Shown: positions 1 to 8,427 of the stretch, piece after piece
Position numbering within the stretch: position 1 is the first letter of the stretch
Layout: each line of letters begins with the position of its first letter
DNA from: Erysipelothrix larvae
Lineage (GTDB): Bacteria; Bacillota_I; Bacilli_A; Erysipelotrichales; Erysipelotrichaceae
Length of the DNA: 32,000 nucleotides
Assembly: GCF_001545095.1 (NCBI RefSeq)
Contig: NZ_CP013213.1
Coordinates: 600,001-632,000, forward strand
Direction: 5' to 3'
Position numbers and translations under genes: made by a program
Notes under the pieces: model-generated
The model's input: the letters and a program-made list of their open reading frames with translations, nothing else
What the model was told of the DNA's origin: nothing
Databases searched by the model: none

Positions 1-279
1 ATGCAAGTATCAATCGTTATTATGGAAATCTTAGTAGGTCTTGCATTAATTGCAGGTCTATTCACAACATTATCTGCAGGTGTATCAATTGTATTACAAT
101 TGATGTTCCTCATGACTACTGGTTGGTATCTATCAGGTGCTTGGATGTTCTTTGCAAGCTTTGCAGTATTAATCGGTGGTGGACGTACACTGGGTCTTGA
201 TTATTGGGTAATGCCATGGCTTAAGAAGCAATGGACAAAAATTCCGTTCTTTAAGAAGTGGTACCTCTATCACGAGTAA
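1..279 (+). CDS. DoxX/DoxD-like integral membrane protein, C-terminal part (probably truncated by the window edge)
   Basis: Hydrophobic ORF ending in LIGGGRTLGLDYW, which resembles the G-x-G-x-x-S/L-L-D C-terminal signature of DoxX-family proteins. It sits directly upstream of the quinone prenylation genes. The position-1 ATG may be internal. Confidence 0.45.
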   Translation: MQVSIVIMEILVGLALIAGLFTTLSAGVSIVLQLMFLMTTGWYLSGAWMFFASFAVLIGGGRTLGLDYWVMPWLKKQWTKIPFFKKWYLYHE

Positions 280-292
280 TTGGTGAGTCTCA

Positions 293-1225
293 GTGAATGA
301 ACTAATCAAAAAAAACTTAGAGATGGTAAATGCGGAGGTTGATAATTTATTGTCAACCTCTCCTTTACTCATTCGGCAGTATATGACGCATTTGGGGAAA
401 GCTAAAGGAAAAGGCATTCGTGCGAGCGCAGTTCTTGCAAGCTCAATCACAAATGAAAATGACATTCCTTTGGACGCAATTCACTTTGCAAGTGCGATTG
501 AACTGCTACATCTTGCATCACTGGTTCATGATGATGTGATGGATGATGCAAAAGTTAGACGTGGAATCACAACTCTTAATGAAAAATACGGACGGAAAAC
601 CGCAGTCATTTGCGGAGATTATGTGCTTGCTTTAGCACTGAAATCCTTCGCAAAAATTGAAGATGGGGCGAAATATTCCGGATTCAGTTTATCAACAACA
701 ATGGAAGACTTGGCATTGGGTGAGTTGAATCAACACATCAACAATGGCAATCTATACATATCAATACCTGAATACCTTGCAATTATTAAAGGAAAAACAG
801 CTGCTTTATTTGAAGCTTCATTCTATGCAGGCGCAATTACAAGTGGTGTCGATAATGAAGAAGTTGAAAAGTATAAACCCTTTGGAAACAATGTGGGTAT
901 GATTTTTCAATTGATGGATGATTGTCTTGATTATGAATCATCTGAAGCTGTGGCATTAAAACCCGTAGCCTCTGATTTTTCACAAGGGGTTATCACATTG
1001 CCACTCATTCATGCATTTGATGAAGAACCAGAGTTAAGAACAACATCATTGACACGTGAAATTGTTATTGATCGTGTTAAGAAGTATTCAGGCGTACCTT
1101 TTACAAAAATGAAAGCTCAAAAATATTATGATGAAGCGATTGCGATTTTGGAAACATTGAATGTGAGTTCAATGAAGAAGGATCAACTTCAATTCATTCT
1201 TGATAAGTCAATGGGGAAAATATGA
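293..1225 (+). CDS. trans-polyprenyl diphosphate synthase (HepT/IspB/DmkB-like)
   Basis: 310 aa. First Asp-rich motif is LVHDDVMDD and second is QLMDDCLDY, with a KGKGIR region. GTG start is preceded by GGTGAG. Stop overlaps the next gene (ATGA). Confidence 0.85.
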   Translation: MNELIKKNLEMVNAEVDNLLSTSPLLIRQYMTHLGKAKGKGIRASAVLASSITNENDIPLDAIHFASAIELLHLASLVHDDVMDDAKVRRGITTLNEKYGRKTAVICGDYVLALALKSFAKIEDGAKYSGFSLSTTMEDLALGELNQHINNGNLYISIPEYLAIIKGKTAALFEASFYAGAITSGVDNEEVEKYKPFGNNVGMIFQLMDDCLDYESSEAVALKPVASDFSQGVITLPLIHAFDEEPELRTTSLTREIVIDRVKKYSGVPFTKMKAQKYYDEAIAILETLNVSSMKKDQLQFILDKSMGKI

Positions 1226-2118
1226 TTAAACGACTTTTTAAATTTGTTGAGATACAGACAAAGATCACAAGTTTCTTTACGTTTATGCTCATGATTGGTG
1301 TTATGATTTATCATAACATTAACATTGACCTGATAAAGACTTGTGTCTTTTTCTTAGGGATGTTTATCTTTGATCTCACTACAACCGCAATAAATAACAC
1401 AATTGATTCTAAAACAAATGGTCAAGACTTAGGGTTTACCTATACTCAAGGCAAGATGATGTGTTTTGGACTCTTCGCAATTAGTACCATTCTCGGGATT
1501 GCACTTGTAATACTCACCGATTGGATTGTCCTTTTATTAGGCATGTTCTGTTTTGCAGTCGGGGTTCTTTACACCTATGGACCTGTCCCGATATCACGAA
1601 CACCCTTGGGTGAGTTTTTATCCGGAATCTTATACGGATACTTTATTCCCTTTATCTTATTGTATATCAATATCGGACACGATTTACTGTCCGTGAGTGT
1701 CGGTGAAATCATCACGCTTAACGTTCATACGAAAATGTTTATCGGATTTGTGATTGCGGGATTTATTCCCACACTGCTAACCGCAAATATTATGCTGGGC
1801 AATAATACCTGTGATGTTGAAGCGGATGTGAAGGTCAATCGATTCACACTGCCATTTTATATTGGTAAACCAAACGCAGTAATCTTAATGCGAATCTTAT
1901 ATGCACTTGTGTATGTTGGTGTGATTGTTGGGGTAGTATGTGGGGTGTATCATCCCATTGTGCTTCTGACACTCGCAACAGCACCTGTTGTCATGAAGCA
2001 TGTTAATGTGTTCAAAGAAAAAATGATTAAGCGTATTTCATTTGTGAATGTCATTAAGAATTTCATTCTTGTCATGGTTGTGCTTAACGCCTTGGTTTAT
2101 CTGAGCATCTTACTTTAG
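1222..2118 (+). CDS. UbiA-superfamily prenyltransferase, MenA/DmkA-like (1,4-dihydroxy-2-naphthoate polyprenyltransferase-like), copy 1
   Basis: 298 aa, polytopic membrane protein. UbiA-type motifs AINNTIDSKTNGQD and NNTCDVEADVKVN. Translationally coupled to the polyprenyl synthase. Confidence 0.75.
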   Translation: MIKRLFKFVEIQTKITSFFTFMLMIGVMIYHNINIDLIKTCVFFLGMFIFDLTTTAINNTIDSKTNGQDLGFTYTQGKMMCFGLFAISTILGIALVILTDWIVLLLGMFCFAVGVLYTYGPVPISRTPLGEFLSGILYGYFIPFILLYINIGHDLLSVSVGEIITLNVHTKMFIGFVIAGFIPTLLTANIMLGNNTCDVEADVKVNRFTLPFYIGKPNAVILMRILYALVYVGVIVGVVCGVYHPIVLLTLATAPVVMKHVNVFKEKMIKRISFVNVIKNFILVMVVLNALVYLSILL

Positions 2119-2165
2119 GGATTTACAAAAATATAAGACCAGCCACAAAAATCGAAGGGGTAACA

Positions 2166-3062
2166 ATGATTAAAAGACTTTTAAAATTTATTGAGATACA
2201 AACCAAGATTACTAGCCTCTTCCCATTTTTACTCATGATTGGGTTTATGATCAGTCATAGCATTGATATTGACATTGTAAGAACAAGCATCTTCTTCTGG
2301 GGGATGATTTTCTTTGACCTCACCACAACCGCGATTAATAACACTATTGATTCAAAAACAAATGATCAAGACTTAGGGTTTACCAACAATCAAGCAAAGA
2401 TAATGTGTTTTAGCTTACTTGCAATCAGCACGTTAATGGGCATCATTCTTGTTGTGTTGACGGATTGGATTGTACTTATATTAGGCATGTTCTGTTTTGC
2501 GGTAGGGATTCTCTATACGTTTGGTCCTATTCCGATATCACGCACGCCAATGGGGGAGTTTTTCTCTGGGATTTTACATGGATATTTCGCCCCATTTATC
2601 TTGCTTTATATTAATGTTGGCGCAGCGCTTTTATCAATTGAATTTGGTGACGCTATTTCTATACAAATCCATACCCAAATGTTTGTGGATTTGATGATTG
2701 TTGGGATGGTACCAACGCTTCTGATTGCGAACATTATGTTGGGTAATAATACCTGTGATGTGGAAGCGGATGTGAAGGTGAATCGATTCACGTTACCCTT
2801 TTATCTGGGTAAACCCCTGTCCATCGTTTTAATGCGCATCCTCTATGCCGGTGTCTATGTGGGTATCATTAGTGGTGTCGTATGGGGTGTGTATCATCCC
2901 ATTGTACTGATAACGCTTTTTACAGCACCGATTGTTATGAAGCATGTGAGTGTCTTTAAAGAAAAGATGATCAAACACATCTCATTTGTGAATGTCATCA
3001 AGAATTTCATGCTTGTAATGGGTGTGCTTAATGTAATGGTTTATCTTAGTATCTTACTGTAG
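2166..3062 (+). CDS. UbiA-superfamily prenyltransferase, MenA/DmkA-like, copy 2 (tandem paralog)
   Basis: 298 aa, gapless alignment to copy 1 with 223/298 identical residues by hand count. Same two motifs. Own RBS GAAGGGG. Confidence 0.75.
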   Translation: MIKRLLKFIEIQTKITSLFPFLLMIGFMISHSIDIDIVRTSIFFWGMIFFDLTTTAINNTIDSKTNDQDLGFTNNQAKIMCFSLLAISTLMGIILVVLTDWIVLILGMFCFAVGILYTFGPIPISRTPMGEFFSGILHGYFAPFILLYINVGAALLSIEFGDAISIQIHTQMFVDLMIVGMVPTLLIANIMLGNNTCDVEADVKVNRFTLPFYLGKPLSIVLMRILYAGVYVGIISGVVWGVYHPIVLITLFTAPIVMKHVSVFKEKMIKHISFVNVIKNFMLVMGVLNVMVYLSILL

Positions 3063-3087
3063 AGTGTACATTGTGCACTCTTTTTTA
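3061..3087 (+). terminator. Rho-independent terminator of the prenylation operon
   Basis: agagtgtaca/tgtgcactct hairpin followed by TTTTTT, directly after the stop codon. Confidence 0.7.
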
Positions 3088-3578
3088 TATGTCAGGCAAG
3101 GCATCTATCGAGGTGGTGCAAGTTTAGCCCCAGGTATTTACCACCATGTTGCATTAGTGCAATAAGCTAAAAATCAGTGATGATGCTATAAATCCAATGT
3201 ACAAAAGGCAAATTTAAAAACTACTAGACTGTAAATCAAGAGGTTTTGAATGACAAAAGATAGGTGTGTTAAAGTCGTATGTTTCCCATTGATTCTGTGA
3301 TCATCCCACAATGTGTTACAGCCATTTCACCCCTTTTTTATACAAAATAAACATGATTCTCTATTTTAGCATGTCCTCCGAGCTTAACTTTTCGTCCAGC
3401 ACCATCCCGTATCACCATTTTCTTATCGTGGTTTATCCCCTTTTCAAGTTCTTTAGCTTTGTGGTATATATAAACCAGGTGATCTACATGTCCTGGCTTT
3501 GCTTAAAAGCCCCTGGCTTGTTTTCTATAAATACTACTGATATTGTGTAGTGACCAACATTATCATGTTAATGGATAT

Positions 3579-3600
3579 TAAAAAAGAGGGATAAACCCTC
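3579..3600 (-). terminator. Rho-independent terminator of the phosphatase/membrane-protein operon
   Basis: On the minus strand, a gaggg-tttat-ccctc hairpin followed by TTTTTT, 9 nt after the stop of 3609..4052. Confidence 0.7.
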
Positions 3601-3608
3601 ATAAAATA

Positions 3609-4052
3609 TTATTCATCGTGTTCAATGACATCCACATCAACGACTTCACCGTTTTGATGTGCACTTGCCAGACGTGTTTGACGTTTAGAGTGGAAGATGA
3701 TTTCAACCGCTATCCCTAAAGCAACAACCAGTCCGATTGTTATCATCCAAAGGATAATTCCGGCTAAATCTGCAAATCCTTCACCAGAGTGTGCAAACAT
3801 ATAGAACAGTGAAACAAAGGCGATGATGTATCCGACAATAAAGATCATAAATGCTAAGCTGTATTTAAATGAAGTTAAGATGAAGAAATAGATTCCTACA
3901 CCAACTCCTACAAATACATAATTGAGTAATACATGCCAGTCAAATGGGGATTTCAACAATCCAAAGACCGCAATCGAAAATAGTAGAACCGTTAATGCAG
4001 TAAAACTTAGGCTAATAATTAATTTATTCTTAAGTGTTAATCGGTTTAACAT
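3609..4052 (-). CDS. Small integral membrane protein (about 4 TM), unknown function
   Basis: 147 aa with strongly hydrophobic segments. RBS AAGGAGAAGGAGG lies upstream. It is 24 nt downstream of the phosphatase gene, so probably co-transcribed. Confidence 0.6.
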   Translation of the reverse strand: MLNRLTLKNKLIISLSFTALTVLLFSIAVFGLLKSPFDWHVLLNYVFVGVGVGIYFFILTSFKYSLAFMIFIVGYIIAFVSLFYMFAHSGEGFADLAGIILWMITIGLVVALGIAVEIIFHSKRQTRLASAHQNGEVVDVDVIEHDE

Positions 4053-4076
4053 AAGATAGCCTCCTTCTCCTTAAAT

Positions 4077-4826
4077 CTATTCTAACAAACTACCCCTAAG
4101 AGATTCAATCATTATGTTATCGAGTTTTAAGCCGTTTTCTACATAGGACTCAAAGCTGCCATAAACATGATCTATTTCATCAAAGGTTGCTTGTAAATAA
4201 TCGGGTGATACAAACGTGAGCGCATGGTAATCCTCGTCACTAAGGCTCATCGGCCCGTTTCGTTTGCGTGTTGCTTCAATTAGGGCTTCGACGTCCTTCT
4301 TTGGTTGATTATTTGTAAGCAGATACTCGTTCATTAATGTATCAAAATCTGCACCTAACAGCTTTAAAATGAGTGCTGCAGTGTATCCGGTGCGATCTTT
4401 ACCAGCAGAACAGTGGAAATACGTACTGTTGTGATTGTTCACAACACATTCAATGAAGCGTTTGTGCTGTGTAAGCGTAAAGGGATTCGTAACAAATGAT
4501 TGGTACATGGGAATCATAAATCCCTTGAAATCATGATTCTTTAGTTTGTTCATGATATCCTTTGGATCAGCACTGGTGCTTGATAATTCTGGCATCAGTT
4601 GCAAGGATACATCCATAACCCCTGGAATGATGATATTCGGGTGATCATGACGTTCGTCTTGACTGCGTAGGTCTAGGACGGTATTAATATCAAGTTGATT
4701 GTGAAACGTGTTTTGGTCTTCTAAGGATATTGAATCCAAAGGTCCCCCACGAAACAGCTTGGACTTAGTCGTGCCATAGGCTGTCTTAATTCCCCCCAAT
4801 GATCTAAAATTCCGTATCGATTGCAT
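4077..4826 (-). CDS. Protein-tyrosine phosphatase (Y_phosphatase3-type, CX5R)
   Basis: 249 aa with the P-loop HCSAGKDRTG (HCxxGxxR[ST]). RBS GGAGGA lies upstream. Confidence 0.8.
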   Translation of the reverse strand: MQSIRNFRSLGGIKTAYGTTKSKLFRGGPLDSISLEDQNTFHNQLDINTVLDLRSQDERHDHPNIIIPGVMDVSLQLMPELSSTSADPKDIMNKLKNHDFKGFMIPMYQSFVTNPFTLTQHKRFIECVVNNHNSTYFHCSAGKDRTGYTAALILKLLGADFDTLMNEYLLTNNQPKKDVEALIEATRKRNGPMSLSDEDYHALTFVSPDYLQATFDEIDHVYGSFESYVENGLKLDNIMIESLRGSLLE

Positions 4827-5023
4827 ATGTGTCCTCCAAAAAATATCATATCATGAAACACCGGTATGATTGTGTTTTTTCTTAACAAAAGCTGTGAAAA
4901 TCACCAAAATATTAAACAGATTTTATCACTGTTTCATATTAATGAAAATTCCTGAAATGAAATTAATATTATTTTATAGTATACTATTTAGTAGTATCAG
5001 TTTTGTGAAAGAGGTGAACTCAA

Positions 5024-5206
5024 ATGAAATATACAAGGCGATTGAAAATTATCTGGTTTGCATTTTTATTAATTGTTGCATTCAGTTTCCTTGCACAGGA
5101 TTTTTTGGGTCGATCTCTGGGGATGGATACAGCTATTTATGCTGTTTTGTTTATGTTTTTATTTCTGCAATTACGTGACATTATTAAGCATAATGACGAA
5201 GAATAA
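5024..5206 (+). CDS. Small 2-TM membrane protein, unknown function
   Basis: 60 aa. RBS AGAGGTG is 7 nt upstream. It sits 14 nt before the next gene. Confidence 0.5.
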   Translation: MKYTRRLKIIWFAFLLIVAFSFLAQDFLGRSLGMDTAIYAVLFMFLFLQLRDIIKHNDEE

Positions 5207-5220
5207 ATGGGGAGAAGCTT

Positions 5221-6243
5221 ATGGAAAAATTATTAAAGCTAAGAAATCGAAAATTCACAACTGTGATCGTTGTAGGATTAACTTTACTTGGCATGGAAAT
5301 GATATTTTTGTCACGTCCAGTTATGAACTCAATGCGTATGATTATGAATCAAAGTCATCAACCAATATCAACATCAGAGAAACTCAATGATGTTTCTGTG
5401 AATGATATTGTTGTATTGGATAGTGAATTTATCGATGCATCCGGATTTGGTTATTATAGCAATGATAAACTCGTAATTGATTATACTTTGGGTGCATTTG
5501 AAGATGAATATATTTTGGTAGTACAGCCTTTAGGGAAGGGAATTACTAAAACAGTCCTTGTTGATCGACAAGTACAGTTTGTAGGTAAACGCGTAAATGA
5601 TCATGATTCTGTGAAAGCACGCGCCTCAATTGTGAGTGATTTTGCGGATTATTATGAGATAACTGAAGAAGAGGCAGAAACATACTTTGCACCTGAAATT
5701 ATTGAATTTGTTGGAGTGGTTGGTGATGTACCTTTATGGCCAATCGTTGTGATCGCTGGGACTGCACTGATTGTGATTGGTCTTGCTGCTTATGTGAAGA
5801 AAAGCCACCAGAAAAAAATTAAAGAAGTGTTGGAATATGATGAAGCACTACACATTGCATCACAACTCGAACTCCCTGAATTTCAAACGAAGCATGCAAT
5901 TCTTGTTGATAAGTATCTAATCAATAAAAATGCGTGGAATGCAAAACAACAGTTTATTATGAAAGATACCATTGCTTGGGCTTACATGCATACAATGAGA
6001 AACTCATTTTATGGGATACCAATCCATAAATCGTATTCAGTGATGATCTATGTTAATGGGACAAAAAAACCAATTCAGATTTCAATGACTGAACACCAAG
6101 TCCAAACCTTGCTCTCAATGCTTCATGAAATGAATCAGGGTGTTGTAGTTGGGTATACTCAGTCATGGATTAAGCTTTGGAAGAAAACATTAAATAAAGC
6201 TGATTTTAGACAATTGATTCTTGAAACCCAAGAAAGTAACTAA
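5221..6243 (+). CDS. Bitopic membrane protein of unknown function
   Basis: 340 aa. RBS GGGGAGA. Two TM segments (FTTVIVVGLTLLGMEMIFL and VPLWPIVVIAGTALIVIGLAAYV) separate an external domain of about 140 aa from a cytoplasmic domain of about 145 aa. No motif recognised. Confidence 0.65.
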   Translation: MEKLLKLRNRKFTTVIVVGLTLLGMEMIFLSRPVMNSMRMIMNQSHQPISTSEKLNDVSVNDIVVLDSEFIDASGFGYYSNDKLVIDYTLGAFEDEYILVVQPLGKGITKTVLVDRQVQFVGKRVNDHDSVKARASIVSDFADYYEITEEEAETYFAPEIIEFVGVVGDVPLWPIVVIAGTALIVIGLAAYVKKSHQKKIKEVLEYDEALHIASQLELPEFQTKHAILVDKYLINKNAWNAKQQFIMKDTIAWAYMHTMRNSFYGIPIHKSYSVMIYVNGTKKPIQISMTEHQVQTLLSMLHEMNQGVVVGYTQSWIKLWKKTLNKADFRQLILETQESN

Positions 6244-6263
6244 GCGCATGTGCGCTTTTTTTA
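6243..6263 (+). terminator. Rho-independent terminator
   Basis: agcgca-tg-tgcgct hairpin followed by TTTTTTT, overlapping the stop codon of 5221..6243. Confidence 0.7.
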
Positions 6264-6285
6264 TCAAGAAAGATAAAGGATAGCA

Positions 6286-6312
6286 TATAAAAAAACCACT
6301 TTTGAAGTGGTT
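6286..6312 (-). terminator. Terminator downstream of tRNA-Lys
   Basis: On the minus strand, an aaccactt-caa-aagtggtt hairpin followed by a T-run. Confidence 0.6.
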
Positions 6313-6323
6313 AATTGTCATCA

Positions 6324-6399
6324 TGGTACTCCGTCACGGGCTCGAACCGTGGACCCACTGATTAAGAGTCAGTTGCTCTGCCGACTGAGCTAACGGAGC
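6324..6399 (-). tRNA. tRNA-Lys (anticodon CUU), CCA encoded
   Basis: The 76-nt reverse complement folds as a cloverleaf. Acceptor GCTCCGT/ACGGAGT, D-arm GCTC..GAGC, anticodon stem ACTGA/TCAGT with loop CT-CTT-AA, T-arm CACGG-TTCGAGC-CCGTG, 3' ACCA. Confidence 0.95.
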
Positions 6400-6499
6400 A
6401 TGTGCTTTATTATTATACTATTTTGAGCGGATTGTTCAAGTCTTTTTGATAAAAATCATTAAAAAGAGGGGCGATCAATCGGAATTTTATGCCTATAAA

Positions 6500-6528
6500 T
6501 TGAAGCGCATCTGTGGTTGAAGTATAAT
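6500..6528 (+). promoter_or_regulatory. SigA-type promoter for the TrxR-like/ArsR operon
   Basis: TTGAAG, 17 bp, TATAAT. It overlaps the 6527 ORF-track start, which supports the internal ATG at 6560 as the true start. Confidence 0.5.
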
Positions 6529-6559
6529 GACTGTAAAGGGGTATGAAAGGGGCATAATC

Positions 6560-7441
6560 ATGATACAAACAGAGCTCGTAGTGATTGGGAAAGGCCCAGC
6601 GGGGATTCAAGCATCAATCTATGCGGCACGTGCAGGGGTTGATACAATTGTAGTCGGTAAAGATATCGGAATGATTGAAAATGCTACAATGATTCAAACA
6701 TTTTTGGGATACGAATTGATCAGTGGGTCTGAGCTCATTTCCAAAGGGATTGAACAAACTCAGAAAATGGGTGTGCCAGTTATCAGTGATGAAGTCGTAT
6801 CTATTTCACATGATGGTTCCTATTTTAGAGTTGAAGCAATCCATGAAACCTACGAATGCTTATCAGTGCTGATTGCGACCGGTGCAAAACGCTCTGTTTC
6901 TAAGATTCACAATCTCAATGCATTCATGGGTAAGGGGGTATCAACCTGCGCAGAATGTGATGGTTTCTTCTTTAAAGACAAAAAAGTAGGTGTGATAGGA
7001 CATCGTCATTATGCAGCCCATGAAACAAACACACTTCTTAAGATTACTCCAAATGTAACTTTATATACAAATGGGAAAGATCCAGAGTGTGAATTTGACG
7101 AACGTGTTATAATAAATAAAGAAAGTATAAAAGCGGTTATTGGAGATCATAAGGTCAAAGGATTAGAGCTAGAGAGTGGTTATGGTGAACTTGATGGTGT
7201 GTTTATTGCGCTGGACAGTGCATCATCCATTGATCTTGCTTCAAAACTTGGAGCACTCATCGAACACAACAAAATATGTGTGAATGCGAACCAAGAGACC
7301 ACAGTACCTGGGCTTTTTGCTGCGGGTGATTGTACCCCTGGAATTCAACAAGTTGCGAAAGCTGTAGGTGATGGATGTACCGCTGGAATGAACAGTGCGG
7401 TATATATCCGTAATCGTAAACATAAGATTAGAGGTAGTTAA
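6560..7441 (+). CDS. Thioredoxin-reductase-like FAD flavoprotein with CxxC, lacking the NADPH-binding signature
   Basis: FAD motif VVIGKGPAG, redox centre CAECDG, C-terminal FAAGDC. The TrxB positions GGGxxA and HRRxxxR read GHRHYA and TNGKDPE. RBS GAAAGGGG precedes the ATG at 6560. Confidence 0.8.
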   Translation: MIQTELVVIGKGPAGIQASIYAARAGVDTIVVGKDIGMIENATMIQTFLGYELISGSELISKGIEQTQKMGVPVISDEVVSISHDGSYFRVEAIHETYECLSVLIATGAKRSVSKIHNLNAFMGKGVSTCAECDGFFFKDKKVGVIGHRHYAAHETNTLLKITPNVTLYTNGKDPECEFDERVIINKESIKAVIGDHKVKGLELESGYGELDGVFIALDSASSIDLASKLGALIEHNKICVNANQETTVPGLFAAGDCTPGIQQVAKAVGDGCTAGMNSAVYIRNRKHKIRGS

Positions 7442-7759
7442 ATGTCAAATAAAGAATTAATTGAGAATTGCGTCTTGTTAGATCAAAAGTCGTATGAAGA
7501 CCTGACGTATCTTTTTAAAATGTTTGCTGATTCAACACGGTTGAAAATCTTCACTGTGCTTGCATATAAAGAATGCAGCGTGAATGAGTTGACGGAAGTT
7601 TTAGGCGTTACCCAATCCGCAGTATCACATCAACTGTCTACGTTGCGTGCTGCAAACCTCGTGAAATATCGAAAAGATAAACAAACGGTCTATTATTCAC
7701 TCCAAGATAATCACGTCATGATGATCTTTAAACAAGCACTGGAACACGTGAAAGAATAA
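7442..7759 (+). CDS. ArsR/SmtB-family transcriptional regulator
   Basis: 105 aa with FADSTRLKIF...VNELTEVLGVTQSAVSHQLSTLRAANLV. Its start abuts the TrxR-like stop (TAAATG). Confidence 0.85.
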   Translation: MSNKELIENCVLLDQKSYEDLTYLFKMFADSTRLKIFTVLAYKECSVNELTEVLGVTQSAVSHQLSTLRAANLVKYRKDKQTVYYSLQDNHVMMIFKQALEHVKE

Positions 7760-7821
7760 CCTCACAATTTGATTGATTTTCCGCATGAGATGTATGACGT
7801 TTCATGAAAGAATTTTAACTG

Positions 7822-7850
7822 TTTACATTTCTATATGAAAAATGTATAAT
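7822..7850 (+). promoter_or_regulatory. SigA-type promoter
   Basis: TTTACA, 17 bp, TATAAT, about 25 nt upstream of the 7874 start. Confidence 0.5.
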
Positions 7851-7873
7851 GGGTGTATGTTTGAAGGCAAAGG

Positions 7874-8260
7874 ATGGTTTCGATGCAACAAGAATTGTTG
7901 AATAATGGGTATTTCTGGCAAAAGCTAGATTCACTAGTACTCTCTACAAACTTAGTGATTTCACAACCGAAAGGTTCACGTCACCCGCAGTATCTTAATA
8001 TGGTCTACCCCGTAGACTATGGGTACTTAAGTGACAGTGCTTCTATGAAAGTATTTAAAGGGAGCCTTAAGAAATCAACAGTTGACGCGATTATGATCGT
8101 TGTTGATATTTTAAAGAGAGACTTAGAAGTTAAATTGATTATGGGATGTACTGAGGATGAAGAAGTGAAGATACTTCGCTTTATCAATCAAACAGACTAT
8201 CAAAAAGGATTTTTAGTTCGTAGAGGTAATGATTTACCTGAATGGGCACTTACCGATTAA
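7874..8260 (+). CDS. Small protein with an inorganic-pyrophosphatase-like core motif, function uncertain
   Basis: 128 aa. YPVDYGYLSD resembles the family-I PPase YPxNYGFIP motif, but the protein is much shorter and most Asp ligands are not evident. It has its own promoter and terminator (aacatgc-gga-tgcatgtt plus T-run). Confidence 0.45.
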   Translation: MVSMQQELLNNGYFWQKLDSLVLSTNLVISQPKGSRHPQYLNMVYPVDYGYLSDSASMKVFKGSLKKSTVDAIMIVVDILKRDLEVKLIMGCTEDEEVKILRFINQTDYQKGFLVRRGNDLPEWALTD

Positions 8261-8427
8261 CAATTTAGATCAAAAGAACATGCGGATGCATGTTTTTTTA
8301 TGCATGTCGCAGCGTTGCTTCACCCTTTATTTATACGGAAAACACGCATGAAAGTATGAAAATTTCGAAATATTTCACACGTTCGTGTGAGTGACAGATG
8401 ATGGGTGTGGTATAGTTATTCTATAAT

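Larger units (their letters stand above)
1222..3062 (+). repeat. Tandem gene duplication (two 897-nt UbiA-like genes separated by 47 nt)
   Basis: Equal length, co-linear, about 75% aa identity, with long identical nucleotide runs (e.g. ggcatgttctgttttgc; aataatacctgtgatgt). Confidence 0.9.

Noticed and set aside
3311-3550. 79-aa plus-strand ORF in the orphan region
   Set aside because: It has no RBS, odd composition (Phe/Ser/Tyr/Ile rich) and no promoter. The opposite strand gives a more protein-like reading. I treat it as a spurious ORF in AT-rich DNA.
4870-5390. Overlapping plus-strand ORFs 4870..5178 and 5073..5390
   Set aside because: They are alternative frames across the promoter region and across the better-supported genes 5024..5206 and 5221..6243. 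Neither has a ribosome-binding site.
3090-6324. Island integrated at the 3' end of tRNA-Lys
   Set aside because: No integrase gene is present and no repeat of the tRNA 3' segment was seen in the 3-kb region adjacent to the tRNA 3' end.
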